A DNA stretch of 63,103 nt, the filler included, from Licmophora abbreviata (taxonomy: Eukaryota), in assembly GCA_900291995.1 (NCBI GenBank). It is 5 parts of 5 records of this genome, joined end to end, with 100 filler letters (N's around TTAATTAATTAA, not from the genome) between each part and the next. Parts side by side here need not be neighbours in the genome. Positions count along the whole stretch, not along the records: positions 1 to 20,249 come from OLMU01002573.1; 4 more parts are not named here. One strand, written 5' to 3'. The position numbers and the translations under genes are program-made. Below the pieces are notes generated by a model. That model did not search any database, had not been told where the DNA came from, and saw only the letters and a program-made list of their open reading frames with translations. Each line of letters starts with the position of its first letter. The stretch's first letter is position 1. Of the stretch, positions 1 to 12,714 are shown piece after piece.

Positions 1-800
1 AGATTCCCAAGACTACAAGCCATTCAGGTTTGTGGGTGCGTTCATCGTCCGTCTCCTGATCGCGAAGGTGCGCCATCGGTACTTCTGCTTCGATACCGAT
101 CTCCTCCGGGGTGCGGCGACGAATGAAGACCGGCTTTCCACGCCACTTGACCGTGATGGTCTTGCCCATTTCAATCTCCGAGAGATCGAATTCAGCAGAA
201 GCCATTGCCAGCACGTCCGCCGAAGCGCTCATGGAAGAGACGAACTTGACGACCAAGACGCGGGCCGTCGATGCATAGGCAAATCGGACTGTCGAGAGCA
301 AGAGGTATGTAAAGGCGCGACGTTCAGGTTCCGCAACCTTGTCAATACGATCGTCTTCGTAGCCATGATCGACGCTTCCAAGTTCATGGAGCTGGGGGGA
401 TGAGGATAGCGATCGGAATGCATCTGTGGGGAAGCAAGGGGGTGGCATGTGGCAGTATGAGTTCCGTGATCTGAGAGCGTCTGACTGTAAGCATTCGGGT
501 AACTTGACGTATCCGGTTTCTCTCTGGCATAGCCAAGAGACAAGCAGGAGAAGAGGAGGCAACAACGTCGCAAAGTTGCAGAACAGACAAAGGCCAACAA
601 CGAGCTTCAAGCTAGATTCAGCCTCCACGTAGAAATCTACGACACGAGTAGGGACGCCGCACGGTCGGCGAGTCGATGACGACGACGAGGAAATGGCAGC
701 AACTTGAAAGCTACTCACTTGACACTAGTGCCTGTTGTGACAAGGCCACTCGACTGGCCAATCGAGGCGTCACGCGGGTTGCAAGGCGAAAGGCATTCAT
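1..800 (-). CDS. UQCRFS1: Cytochrome bc1 complex Rieske iron-sulfur subunit, mitochondrial (3' end runs off the window)
   Basis: Manual translation: exon 1 (800-719) MNAFRLATRVTPRLASRVALSQQALVS is a mitochondrial presequence. GT-AG intron 718-424. Exon 2 reads ...RRAFTYLLLS...SMSASADVLAMAS...GKTITVKWRGKPVFIRRRT...KPEWLVVLGI, typical of Rieske ISP. Not in the ORF track. Confidence 0.95.
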
Positions 801-1152
801 GGCGAAACAAGAAGGACCAAGCTTGCTTCCGTCGGGCGCTGTGACGAAGACGACGAACACGGAGATCCTCGAGCTCATCGAGCTCAAACGGAGGGATAGC
901 CAGACGGCGAGAGAAGGAGCTCGATAGAATCTTGCAAGAGCTCGCACTTTAGCGAAAGTGTTCAAGCTGTGTTTCGTGCGGGCAGGGATCAGTCGAATTA
1001 CAATGGAAACGCACGCTCTTGAGTCAAAGAAGAAAACTTGTTATGAAGTATGTAGTATACTTCTTTTCGAAACATGGTTATTACACTTACGCTCACGCTT
1101 ACACTGCTCTCTTCAGATGTTTGTTTAGAAATAATATTAGAGTAGGTTACAG

Positions 1153-2580
1153 TCACCGAACTTTGACGTCTGTCAGCTCCGTCGCCATTCGATCGGTAGC
1201 TTGAATCAGCTCATGCGTTATCCCACTATCGTACATAGAATGACCGGACATCTTTGGTATTCGGAGTTCCATCTCGGGCCATGCAATGTGTAGATCCAGC
1301 GCCGTGTCAGGCGGACAGATCGCGTCCATTGCACCTTGCACAGCAATGCATCTGATACTTCGCACCCGACGCATTCGCCCTAGATCGAGAAAGTCGACAT
1401 TATTCAACGCATAACGAGAATTCGTAGAGAAATAGCAAGTCAACATCGCCTGTGCTGGAACGTAGCTGGCAACATCCGCCGTACTCATGTTGGACCACTT
1501 CGTTGCATTCGCATCGGTTGGAACCTCGTCTGTCACCGTGCGAAGTGATCGTGGCTCTGTCTGTACCCCAAAGGGATACGTGGTCGATCGAATCCCCCTA
1601 CGGATGGACCGGCTGTCCGCGAACGCGGTGTGCTGGCTCGACGAAGAAAGTCGACCATCATTGGCATCGCGGTAGCTCCACCCATTGGCCGGATCCCAAA
1701 CAAGAACTCGGAACGGAGCCAATCCTGTCGCATTCTGTCTCGCCTCCATTTGACGACGAGCCGTTGCCGAAACACACATTTCCCATCTCATCCAAGACAT
1801 TGCGGCAGACAGACGAGTCTCTGGTGTGTTCCCGAACAGACGATCGTAGTATGCATACAGTGAGTCGTTTCCTGGGTCCGAGGACCAGTCGACCCCAGCG
1901 CTTCGTGAGAATTCTCGCCACCCGACAGGATTCATGGCTGCCGCACCGCCATATCTGCTCGTGAGCCACTCGACTTCGGGGGGTCGCAGGAGACACACGC
2001 CCCTCAACACAAGAGACCGCATGCTGTCGGGATACTCCTGAGCGTAGCCGAGAGCCAGTGTCGATCCCCATGATCCTCCTAGAACAAGGTCCCATTGGCG
2101 AATGTCAAGGTGGTGTCGCAGAGTCTCACAATCTTGTACCATGTGCCATAGCGTGTTGTTGATGAAAGCTTCGCCTCGTGGCTCGCTGTGCCCAGATCCT
2201 CTCTGATCCAGCAATACGATGCGATACCGTGATGGGTCAAAGAAGCGCGCATGATTAGGAGAGCAGCCAGACCCAGGACCACCATGAAGGAAAAGAGCTG
2301 TCAAGGCAGCGTCATCGGCACGACCGTGCTCTTGATAGAAGAGTGTGTGCGTCTCGTCTACTAGCAGCGTCCCGTTTCCATTCGGCGCCGACGACGGATA
2401 GAGAGTTCGCAAGCCGTCCACTCGCTTTTCAGTAGCCCAGAGTCGATGCGGTGACCTAAGACCGGCTCCTACAGTATGAAAAGCTGACTGGTATCTCCCT
2501 TCGCACCTGAAACGAGCCATGGATCCGATCGAGCATAAGAAGCAGACCCCGACGAATTCGCGAGTCCACCCCCGACGCAT
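1153..2580 (-). CDS. Proline iminopeptidase (peptidase S33, alpha/beta hydrolase)
   Basis: LHGGPG, RIVLLDQRGSG, GGSWG nucleophile motif, DAICP, GHS; first ATG at 2580. Confidence 0.92.
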   Translation of the reverse strand: MRRGWTREFVGVCFLCSIGSMARFRCEGRYQSAFHTVGAGLRSPHRLWATEKRVDGLRTLYPSSAPNGNGTLLVDETHTLFYQEHGRADDAALTALFLHGGPGSGCSPNHARFFDPSRYRIVLLDQRGSGHSEPRGEAFINNTLWHMVQDCETLRHHLDIRQWDLVLGGSWGSTLALGYAQEYPDSMRSLVLRGVCLLRPPEVEWLTSRYGGAAAMNPVGWREFSRSAGVDWSSDPGNDSLYAYYDRLFGNTPETRLSAAMSWMRWEMCVSATARRQMEARQNATGLAPFRVLVWDPANGWSYRDANDGRLSSSSQHTAFADSRSIRRGIRSTTYPFGVQTEPRSLRTVTDEVPTDANATKWSNMSTADVASYVPAQAMLTCYFSTNSRYALNNVDFLDLGRMRRVRSIRCIAVQGAMDAICPPDTALDLHIAWPEMELRIPKMSGHSMYDSGITHELIQATDRMATELTDVKVR

Positions 2581-2952
2581 GATTCTTGAGATTCGAATCC
2601 AAGGCTGCTCCTCTTCGTCAAATAAGCCTTGGCGTGGACGCGTCAACCCTTGCGTTCAGTCGTTTTACGCAAGGCATCGTCAAACAGCGCCGTGTTCACT
2701 CCCATCGTCCATCGGTGTGCGATCGTCGCAATGTCGAGATCGTAGTGTGGCGATGTCCTCAACACTGAAGATCTTTCATACATTTTCATTTGAAGCTGGG
2801 TAACGAAGCTCAGCGTGGGCGTGCGAGGTCTGACCCGCGCGCTGTGCGAAGTCTACCTGCGTGTACAATGACTGCCCCTCCCCGGCTTCATTCATCAATC
2901 TTCGACCCGTTACAGATCTCCGTGCAGCAGGGCCGCTGCTCCTGTTTCCACC

Positions 2953-5900
2953 ATGGCTTCGCAAGCAAGGGGACTCCAGAACTTCATTTCAGATTTGAGA
3001 AATGCAAAGAGCAAGGTAAGAGAAAACTTTTGTTCGACCGATCAGTCCCACACGCCATGGTCACCACGCCATGCCTCCGCAGCGTGGACCATGGCCGACC
3101 GCGCGAACACCGTCGAACCATTTAGCTATGGGACGTGTCGTGCCTGCTTGACTTTTTCCTAAGTGAGCTAGCTGACAGGCGCGCCAGCGAGCTTTTTTGG
3201 AATGTTGGACTTGCAGCACGACCTGACCATGGCACCGCCGCCAGTGCCTGTCGCCGCTTTTGTTGATATTTCCGTTGCTCACCACTGCGTGCCCATGTCT
3301 TTTTTTAAAGGAGGAAGAGACACGCCGCGTAGAAAAGGAGTTGGCGAATATCCGAAAGAAATTCAATCCAACGGGGTCCAAGGTGGGGGAGGACGGAAGC
3401 AATCCAGCATTGTCGTCCTATCAAAGGAAGAAGTATGTATGGAAGCTGGTATACATTCACATCCTTGGATACGACGTAGATTTTGGCCACTCGGAAGTTC
3501 TAGCGTTGGTTCGATCCAACAAATATTCCGAGAAACATGTCGGATACACGGCCTTGAGTCTGCTCCTGCGTGGAGACGACCCTTTGATGAACAACATTGT
3601 CGGCACCATTCGCAAGGACCTGACGACGCAGGGAGCCACATCTGGAAAGAACAGCGCACCGACCAGTGACGCTGCACAGTCACTGGCCATCTGCTCGATC
3701 GCCAACATATCCGGACTTGAACTCATCCAGGCGCTTCACAACGAGGTTCAGCATATGCTCGTGTCCAAGACGTCCACGCCAAATGTCAAGAAAAAAGCGG
3801 CTCTTTGTCTTCTCCGACTTATTCGGACGAGTCCCAATCTTGTGGTTGGAAAAGAATTCGCTCCGCAGGTGGCCCAGCTTCTTCAGGATAGACATCTCGG
3901 GGTACTAACCAGCGCCATGAGTTTGCTCAATGGATTGGCGGCGCAGCACACGGAAGAGTACGAGAGTCTCATCCCTTACGTCGTTCATATCTTGGGCATG
4001 CTCGTCTTGAAAAAAGCGTGTGCTCGTGAGTATCTCTATTACCGCACTCCCAGTCCCTGGCTTCAGATCAAGCTTCTCAAGTTTTTGCAGCTGTATCCGC
4101 ATGCCATTGTGACCGAAAACGGCGAAGGACCGCAGAAAGATACGGCATACGTCTCGCAGTTGACGAGCGTCGTCTCCAAAATTCTGACAGAGACTGACGT
4201 CTCTGACTCGATCAACAAGTCGAATGCAGACCACGCAGTGCTTTTCGAAGCGGTTAACTTGATTGTCACATGGGGTTCCGCCGGTCCAGGTCAGCTTCGC
4301 GACGGTGCCATGAAGCTACTCGGAAAATTCATTTCGGTTCGAGAGCCGAACATTCGCTATCTTGGCTTGATGACGATGGCTAAGCTTGCGCAGCTTGAGG
4401 GAAGCGCGGAAGGGATCAAGAAACACCAAGCGACTGTGCTTGTGTCGCTCAAGGATTCCGATATCAGTGTTCGGCGACGTGCTCTTGACCTATTGTTTGT
4501 TATGTGCGATACAGACAATGCGGAACGTATCGTCGATGAGCTCGTCGCCCACTTGGTTCTCGCTGATGCCGCGATTCGGGAAGAGATGGTGCTCAAGATT
4601 GCTATTTTGGCGGAGAAGTACGCGACCGATCTTCGCTGGTACGTGGACACCATTCTCAAACTCATTTCGATTAGTGGCGACCACGTCAGTGATGCAATCT
4701 GGCATCGAGTTGTCCAGATCGTAACCAATCACCCGCAAGGCGATTTGCAAGCATATACAGCCGCGACACTGCTTGTTGCTGCAAGTCCACGCCGATGCCA
4801 TGAGACAGCTGTCCGGGTTGCAGCGTACGTGCTTGGCGAGTTCGGGTTTCTCATCGCCGAACGACCCGGGATGAGTGGCGAAGAACAGTTTAGAATCTTA
4901 CACCAACACTGGGCTACCTCGAACGAGCAGACTCGCGCCATCCTAATCAGTACTTATGCGAAGCTTGCCAACTTGTATGAGGAGTGTCGGCCGCTGGTGG
5001 CCCCGGTCTTTGCACGCAGTAAGAACAGTGTTGATGTTGAAATACAACAACGTGCGGCGGAGTATGCCTCGATGCGAGAAGCGTTTAATCCTGAGGCGGT
5101 GGAGGACTTGCTACGTGAAATGCCGCCGTTCGAGGATCGTCGTCAGAGTGCACTAGAACAGAGACTTCGGGAGACGGAAGGCGAGGATAGTGCCGCAGTT
5201 GTCAAGACGGCAAGACCTAGCGCCGCGCAGAGGCAGCGGGCAGCTCAGAGCGCAGCAGCGGCTCGGGCTGCCGAGGAGGCGGCTGCAGCCGCTGAGCAGA
5301 ACGGTCCCGCGCCAGTTACAAACGGACAAGGTGAGCCCTGCACGAGGCATGGTCGCGCCTTTTGTTGTTGTTACATCTTCTTTTTCCTACTTTTGTCACT
5401 CACCACCACTTTACTTCTCTGATATCTCCAGAGGGCGACACCAGACCTATCGTCGGTATCCCCAAGGAGATAATTCCCGCTATGCGCAAAGCCTTTTCCA
5501 ACCTCTGCACATCGTCTTCCGGCGTTCTGTTCGAGAATGCTTTGCTGCAGGTCGGCGTTAAACACGAATACGTAGGAGCGCAGGGTCGAATTTCAGTCTT
5601 CTTCGGCAACCTGAGCAAGTCACCCCTGCTCAACTTCCGTGCAATTGTAGACGACGTGGATCATCTTCGAATTCAAAAGCAAGGCACACAAGGCCTTCTG
5701 GACGATGAAGAAGGTGGTGGCTGTACCGTCGCCGTTCGAACGCAGGCGAAACTTCTTCTGCTGGTCGAAGTCACCGCACCGTTCGACGACGCGCCGTCAA
5801 TGCGAGTCTCGTTTGAGACAGACAGTGGCGTTAGGCATGAATATCCTCTTCGACTGCCGATTGTTGCCACCTGCTTCATGGAGCCCGTCACGCTTGAGCC

Positions 5901-6351
5901 AGCCGCTTTCATGCAGAGATGGAAGAGCCTCGAAGGGCAAGATAGGGAGTGCCAAGAAGTTGTGAAAGCACCGTCCAACGCACCGCCAATCGACGAGGAG
6001 TACATGAAACGGATCGCACACATAGTGACAGACGGTCTGAAATTCGGCAGATGCCAAGGGGTGGATCCAACTCCGTGGACTGTTTCGGGAGCAGCGACGT
6101 TCCGTACGGGGGCGAAGGACTTGAATGGAAACAACATCAACGTTGGCTGCCTGGTACGAGTAGAGGCCAACCCGCAAGCTGGCGCGTTCAGGTAAGACAA
6201 TTTGGGGCGTCTCGACTTAGTTCTTACTGAATCACTGCTCACCTTGTCCCGATCATGGAAACCTGGCTTTAGGGTCACAACAAGAACTCTCCATCCTCTC
6301 TGTTCGAAGGCGGTCAAGAACGTAGCTCTCGTTAGTATCAAGCTGGCGTAG
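2953..6351 (+). CDS. AP2A: AP-2 complex subunit alpha (alpha-adaptin), about 4 exons
   Basis: MASQARGLQNFISDLRNAKSK|EEETRRVEKELANIRKKF, YQRKKYVWKLVYIHILGYDVDFGH, EIQQRAAEY, C-terminal appendage (SGVLFEN, RLPI...FMEP). Introns at about 3016-3310, 5331-~5410 and 6192-6272. Confidence 0.96.
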
Positions 6352-7022
6352 ATTGTTATTCCAGGCGTGCGTTAAAATTGTTTGTCACTGTTAACGTTTC
6401 TTGTCACTATATTATCTTTTATGTTGGTGTTCTGATCGACGGCAGAAGTGCGACCTGGATGATATCTTCTGAGGTCGTTAGCAATACTTCCTCGTGACCA
6501 GCTGCTGCGCGTCCTGTAAGCCCACCTATTTGTAGTCACTTCTGGAATAACCTCGAACAGAAGATAATAGCGATATCGATGATCCATACGAGATACAAGT
6601 TGTAAGACAATGGCGACGGGTGGGAGCAAACAAACACCCCTCAGTGTTCGAAATGAATTGCCCATCGCATGTTTTGGGGAACGTGCAGGAGACGCTCATC
6701 AAATTGGTACCGCATGATGTCTCGGTACAGTAAAATCGACGGTGTAAAGCAGACCAGCTAGATACCAACAAACACACAGCGAAAGGAAAGTCGACTGCCA
6801 AAACTTGGCGCGAGACAGACCATGACGGGTCGTGCCCTCCATGCCAGAGCTATTTATCTACGGTGATTCAAAGGTTACGAAATGGTTTGAGTACACATTG
6901 TAGGTCGACCGGTCGCGAGTGCTTGTACGCGAGAGAGACAGTCAATGCCGTGTGAATATATCCGATAAGCGAAAAGAAGTATCTACACGAGATCACCTCG
7001 TTCCAGAATGGAGTGAGATGAT

Positions 7023-7622
7023 TTAGTTGGGGAAGAAGTTCTCCACATTTCCGAGCTTGTCGTGGACCATGAGGCCCAACAAGCCCATCTGGGCGGCGCG
7101 GCCCTGGTTGAGCTCGATGGCACGCTTGGAAAGCTTGGTCTCCTCGTCGAACGAGTCCCAGCCGAAGTCGATGAATCCGTTTCGGAAGTCACCAATGAAC
7201 TCTCCGTCTCCTTGAACATCCTTCATGACGGCGATTTCCAGGAAGCCAACGAAAGCAAGGACCTGGAGGGCGCCCGCGACAGGAACAGCAAAGCTAGCGT
7301 CCCACCCGTAGCCAAGGTCGGAGAACTTGGTTCCGGAGTAGTCAATGTTTCCAGGAAGGTAGATTCCGGCAGCGTTGACCAAATATCCGACAACTCCAAG
7401 CATGCAGATACGTCCGTGCTTAAGCTCGACGAATCGAAGGCGGTCGAACTTCTCCTGATCACCGTCGGCCATGAGGTTGAGTGGATCGAAGAATCCAAGC
7501 GGAGGCTGGGCGCCGAGCTCGTCCTCGAAGCTCATCTGCAAGGAGGAGGAACGGACGGTGCTCTTGGAGGGAGCAAAGGCGGCGGCGCCGGCAATAAGGG
7601 AGGCAATAAGGGCAAGCTTCAT
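7023..7622 (-). CDS. Fucoxanthin-chlorophyll a/c binding protein (Lhcf family)
   Basis: Signal peptide + AAAFAP, AQPPLGFFDPL, ELKHGRICML, ELNQGRAAQMG. Confidence 0.97.
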   Translation of the reverse strand: MKLALIASLIAGAAAFAPSKSTVRSSSLQMSFEDELGAQPPLGFFDPLNLMADGDQEKFDRLRFVELKHGRICMLGVVGYLVNAAGIYLPGNIDYSGTKFSDLGYGWDASFAVPVAGALQVLAFVGFLEIAVMKDVQGDGEFIGDFRNGFIDFGWDSFDEETKLSKRAIELNQGRAAQMGLLGLMVHDKLGNVENFFPN

Positions 7623-7945
7623 CTTGGTCTATCTTGACGTTGGTTGGATTACGAGAAGGTGAGGTATGACGCCGATATCTCTTGAAATGTTTGTTATTTG
7701 TTCGCCTTTGGGAACGGAATCCAATCTCGCGATCTTCCCACTTCAACTAAAATTGAAAATGACAGCTTTGGGCCATGAGCCATCATCTCTCACCGCCACC
7801 GATTTGGAACACCTTTTTTCGTCTAGCTGCGCGCGCCAAACGAGAGCAATCGAAATCGTTCGCCTGATGTGCTGCTGTGCTGTGATGCACTGATGTATTG
7901 CAGATCTTGTACTACGAAGGTCGAAGGTAGTCCATTGCAAGAACA

Positions 7946-10331
7946 ATGAATGTACAGAGGAGAGGTGATGCGACGATATACTGCCTGTCGTCAGGACCGA
8001 CGTTGCCGGAGTGGCTCGGCGAGAGAGCCCGAAGAAATGTGTCCAAACGCGACGAGTCCATCAGACGTCGCGTCGAGCTTATCCAGGACTTTCAGATGCC
8101 CTCATCATCCGTCAAAAATAGCACAATCAAAGGATGGGCGCTACTTGATTGCTGCGGGAACTTATCCGCCGAGGATTCGGTGCTACGACGTGCACGACCT
8201 AACCATGAAGTTCGAGAGATATGTGAATTCACATGTCCAAGACATTGCCATGCTCGGAGAAGACTACGGGAAGCTTGCCTTGTTGCTTGAGGATAGGACA
8301 ATTGCTTTTCATGCCCCGTATGGAGCACACGAGTCGATCCGTATACCCACGTTTGGTAGGGGAATGGCTTATGAACCTTCGACATGCGAGCTTCTACTGG
8401 CTGCCAAAGGAAGTCATCTGTACCGTCTCAATTTGGACGAAGGTCGATTCAGCGACCCTTGGATGTTTGAACCTTCAAAAGCTTCATCATCGTGTATCGC
8501 AGTCGGACCTACGCACCCACTGGCGGCTGTTGGTTGCGATGATGGCATTGTTCGGTTCTGGGACAACAGATCTCCGGATACACTTCTCCGACCCTTCTTA
8601 ACCTTGGACGTACACGGTGCAACCTCAGGCTATGGATATGCCGACGACGGAGGGCGTTTTACGAATCTTGCTGAGATTACCTGCATAGCTCATGAACCCA
8701 GTGGTCTCTATATGGCGGCGGGAACAGCTGGAGGCTTGGTGGCTCTTTATGATGTGCGATCGAGCCGGCCGATTCACATCATGGAACACAAACGTGGCAT
8801 GCCTATTCACACGGTCAAGTTTCATTCTGGAAGCGGCTGCATTCTAAGCTCGGACGAGAAACTCGTTAAGGCATGGAGATATAGGTCATCAGGTGATACA
8901 AGTGGACCGGCGGCCAATGATAATGGGGGCTCCATCGGCTCTGTCTTGTGCAACGTCGAAGGGGCAGGCAAATTCTCTCACTTTGTGACGGCCGGCGATG
9001 AAGCCGACCCCTTTGGCAATCGCAGCGGTCTCCTCCTCTGTGCGACTGATCAACCAAAAATAGAATCGTTTTATGTTCCAGCCATGGGCTTGGCGCCCAA
9101 GTGGTGCTCCTTCTTGGAGAACATTACGGAAGAATTGGAGGAACGAGACTTGGCACGAGACGGCAAGACGTCTTCTGCGAGCGACCTTGTCCAAAATGGC
9201 GAAGAGGCGATCTACGAGAATTACAAATTTGTTAGTCGCGACGAAGTTGAAAAGCTGGGCATCTCAAACTTGGTTGGAACACCGCTTCTTCGGGGCTATA
9301 TGCATGGATTCTTTATGGACATTAACTTCTACAACAAGGTCCGCGCCGTGGCCAATCCATTCGAATATGAGGAATACCGCAAGAAGAAGCTCAAGGAGAA
9401 GCTGGACGCCAAGAGGGCTAGCCGAATTGCTCCAAAGCCGAGTAAATTTTCCAAACGCGCCGTTAACCCTGAGCTGGCGACAAGACTCACCGACAAGGCT
9501 GCGGACAGCACGAGGACTGGGAAGGTAGCAAAGGAGATCTTAACTGACGACCGCTTCGGAGGGTTGTTTACCAATCCCGACTATCAGATTGACGAAGAAG
9601 ACGAAAACTTCAAATTGCGTAATCCCAGTGGTGTGGCGGCTTCAAAGAGGAGACGGAACGACCTCGACAGCGACGAGGACGGATCGGAAAGCGACGACGA
9701 CGACGTTGATGCCGCAGGCTTTCAAAGAGTCGAAGAAGAGATCTATAGCGGGTCTGTCGAAAGAATCGAAAGCAGTGACGATGACGAAAGTGATAGTGAC
9801 GATGATGGTTTTCGCGGTGGAAAGGTGAGTACTGGGCTACGAGGTTCAATGTTTACGATTCAGGGGCTTACTTCACGCGTTCGTTTATCATGTCAGGTTC
9901 GAGGAGAAATGTATGGTCAAATGCGGCCAACGAAGCAGGCCAGCAAGGATAGAAAGAAGGAACCTCGCACTAAGAAGACGAAGCCTACTCGAAGACCGAT
10001 CATGTACGAGACTAACAACGCCGGCGATATATTGGATGTTGGTATCGATGCCGCGACTGCCGCACGGTCCAAGCGCCAAGCCGAAATGAACATGTCACTC
10101 GAGGAGCTGGTGGCACTTAAGAAACGTGAGCAATCCAGTATTGGGGCACAGACGACGGTGCGTACAGGAGAAGGGGTTTCACGAGAGACATCCTTCATCC
10201 CCCGCGATGTGCTGAGGCAGCGAGAAAAAGAAGTGGATCATGCTGGAACTGGCAAAGATCACAAGCGAGGAAGGAATCGGCGAGGCGTAAAAGATCTGGG
10301 TTTCAAGACTCCATTCAAGAAGACTCGATAA
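7946..10331 (+). CDS. NOL10: Nucleolar protein 10 / Enp2 (WD40, SSU processome); apparent 1-nt frameshift near 8115
   Basis: IYCLSSGPTLPEWL...RRRVELIQDFQMP joins, after a frameshift, to SKDGRYLIAAGTYPPRIRCYD...KFER; LGLAPKW-like GLAPKWCSFLENITEELEE, YMHGFFMD, NPFEYEEYR, DDRFGGLFTNPDYQIDE. Intron at about 9825-9896. Confidence 0.93.
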
Positions 10332-10524
10332 TGTAGGAAAGACTAATAGACGATCTTAGAACTGGCATCCTGTAACTGTACCGCATCATATACCGTGCAT
10401 TCGTCATTCACATTCCTTGCGTGTCAAAGATCGGTGCTGCAATACTTCCTTCAAGAAAACTCGATTGTGTGCGAAAGATTGATAGACGACCTCTACAAAG
10501 AATATCGTCGCTGCGCAGCACATC

Positions 10525-12342
10525 TTATACCGTGTATTGGCCATCCATATTCCTTGCGTATCCAATACCCGGGGTTCCAAACAGGACTCTGCTGCTGAGT
10601 ACACCGTCAATCATTGTCACTTCCTTCTGGAGAGACTTCAAGCTAATCGTCTCCGCGTCCTGTGTGTGCGGGTCAATGTCAAGCACGTTGTAAGCGATAT
10701 TTCCCCGACTCTGGTTGATTTGCTGAACAATGTTGATATGCGCCTTGGCGAAGGCGTCTGTGATACGGGCAAGAACGCCAGGAACGTTCTTGTTTACGAC
10801 TGTAATTCGGATGGTCTTGTCGGGACGCACAGGGAGAGAAGTTTCAGGAAAGTTAACCGAGTTGCGAATGGTTCCAGTCTCCATAAAATCGCGGATGGTA
10901 TCGGCCGCCATGGACGCCTGATGAGCGAGCCGACGAGAGAAATATACGGGATGAGGCGATGATCTGTCACTCAATAAACGGTGTATCATTGAGGAGCCAC
11001 TGACTTACCGCCGAGTCTTCGGCTTCTCCCGTGGAAGCCCCCAAGTGGGGAAGAATGACTGCGTTCTTGTGATCCCAGAGCTCGTCGTCAGGAAAGTCTG
11101 ACACATAGCGCCCATCACCGCGATCCAGGAAGGTCTTCATGGCAGAAGAGTCGACCAACTCACCACGGGCAAAGTTGAGAAGAACTGCACCGTCCTTGAA
11201 GTGCGAAATGATGTCTTTTCCAACGATGCCGTGCGTGCCACCGTCTTCTGGTGATCCCTTGATGTAGGGAATATTCAGACTGATGTAATCCGCACCCGAT
11301 ACAGCAGAGGCAATAGAATCTTCCAGGCGCATTTCCCTTGGAAGTTTGAGCGCACTGGAAATGGAGAGACCAGGATCGTATCCAACGATGTTCATGCCTA
11401 ATGCCGAGGCGTCACGTGCTGTCGACGCCCCGATATGGCCCAATCCAATAATTGCGAGGGTCTTGCCAGTGATTTCTCTTCCAGTAAAGAGAGATTTGTC
11501 CTTCTCGACCCTTTCTCGTGCCACACCCTGTTCTCCTAGTCCTTTCATGTGGTTGATTCCGTCGATGATACCCCGACTGCCGAGCAGCAGACCACAAACG
11601 ATGAGCTCCTTGACAGCATTCGCGTTGGCACCAGGAGTATTGAATACGGGGATGCCGAGTTCCGTCATGCGAGCCACAGGAATGTTGTTGGTGCCGGCAC
11701 CGCAGCGTGCAATGCAGCGAACGGTGAGATGAACTTCTTCTTCCTGGAGTTTATGGGAACGCAACATCAAGGCGTGCGCATTGATGGCTTTGCCATCCGA
11801 TGGCTCGACAGTGTACAAGTCCGCCGGAAACCGCGCCAGTCCCTAGTTGTATGGAGCAAATCGACGAATGAAGAAGGTGTGAGCTCAAAGATTTCATGCG
11901 CATGTGTGATACATGCAGAACTGTTCGACTCGAGCGAGACATGCCAGCGGTCAGGATCTGTGAATCAACACAGACAAAACCTAGCCATCAATCCTCGTTC
12001 GAGCCATCACGTGATTTAGTATTCGTGGGCTAAGCGATCGGCAGATGTGGACCATTTCGAGTCTGAAGATTATTAATCCCACGCTTCTAAGCTCATACAA
12101 TAGAGAAACATCGATGGAACACTCACCTTGGGCGAAATCTTGTTGATGGTCCTGGTATTGTACTTTCCTGGCTGTGTGAAGTCACTTATGTCTTCGATGT
12201 TCCATCCGCTCACGTAGTGGTCCACGTCAACCGGAATGGTCAAGCGGCGCGTTGTTGTTGCCAGACATGGTCTCGCCAAGCGAAGATTCTGGCGAGCTGC
12301 CAGTCTGCAGAGCGTCATGGTCGTCGTCGTCGTCAACATCAT
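10525..12342 (-). CDS. PHGDH: D-3-phosphoglycerate dehydrogenase (SerA-like, C-terminal ACT domain), copy 1, probable mitochondrial presequence
   Basis: ARCGAGTNNIPV, FNTPGANANAVKEL, GLGHIG, NFARGELV, PHLGASTGEAE, ACT-like VVNKNVPGVLARIT. Introns after ISPK and after EDSA. Confidence 0.88.
11607..11714. repeat. Left arm of 108-bp inverted repeat (partner 13056-13163)
   Basis: Base-by-base comparison by eye: reverse complement matches 13056-13163 with 2 mismatches. Confidence 0.9.
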
Positions 12343-12714
12343 GTTCAAAGTGTGTTTGTCAATGACGAAGCGGGGGAAATTCGAAGCTGCGGATTTGGTG
12401 GCGCGCGTCTGGCTGGCAACCGATAAAGACCCACCACAGCCGTCCATTTTCCGTGACGTGGATGGGAACCGTATTCTACCAATGAAAACGTTCTGAAATT
12501 TCAGCCCTCTCAGCACGTGACGCATCGATGACGCGCGCCGCTTTTTCGTTCGCCCACTCATTGATGGTTGGCATGGAAAGCATCATCAGCCACCTCCGAC
12601 GTTCAGTTTGTGGCCTCGAGAGACATGCGTATTCGGCTTTGTCCAGAACGGCTGCTCCTCCTCACGGCATCCTTACTCTGTTTCTCTCTTGCTTCTGGAC
12701 TCCTTGAAACAACT

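Noticed and set aside
424..718. Possible riboswitch/snoRNA in the long Rieske intron (CTGAGA near 471)
   Set aside because: The motif is on the non-transcribed strand and the other TPP-aptamer or box C/D elements are not evident.
8112..8120. Programmed frameshift in NOL10
   Set aside because: One extra A in an A5 run of a conserved gene; same pattern as the other homopolymer indels, so most likely a sequencing error.
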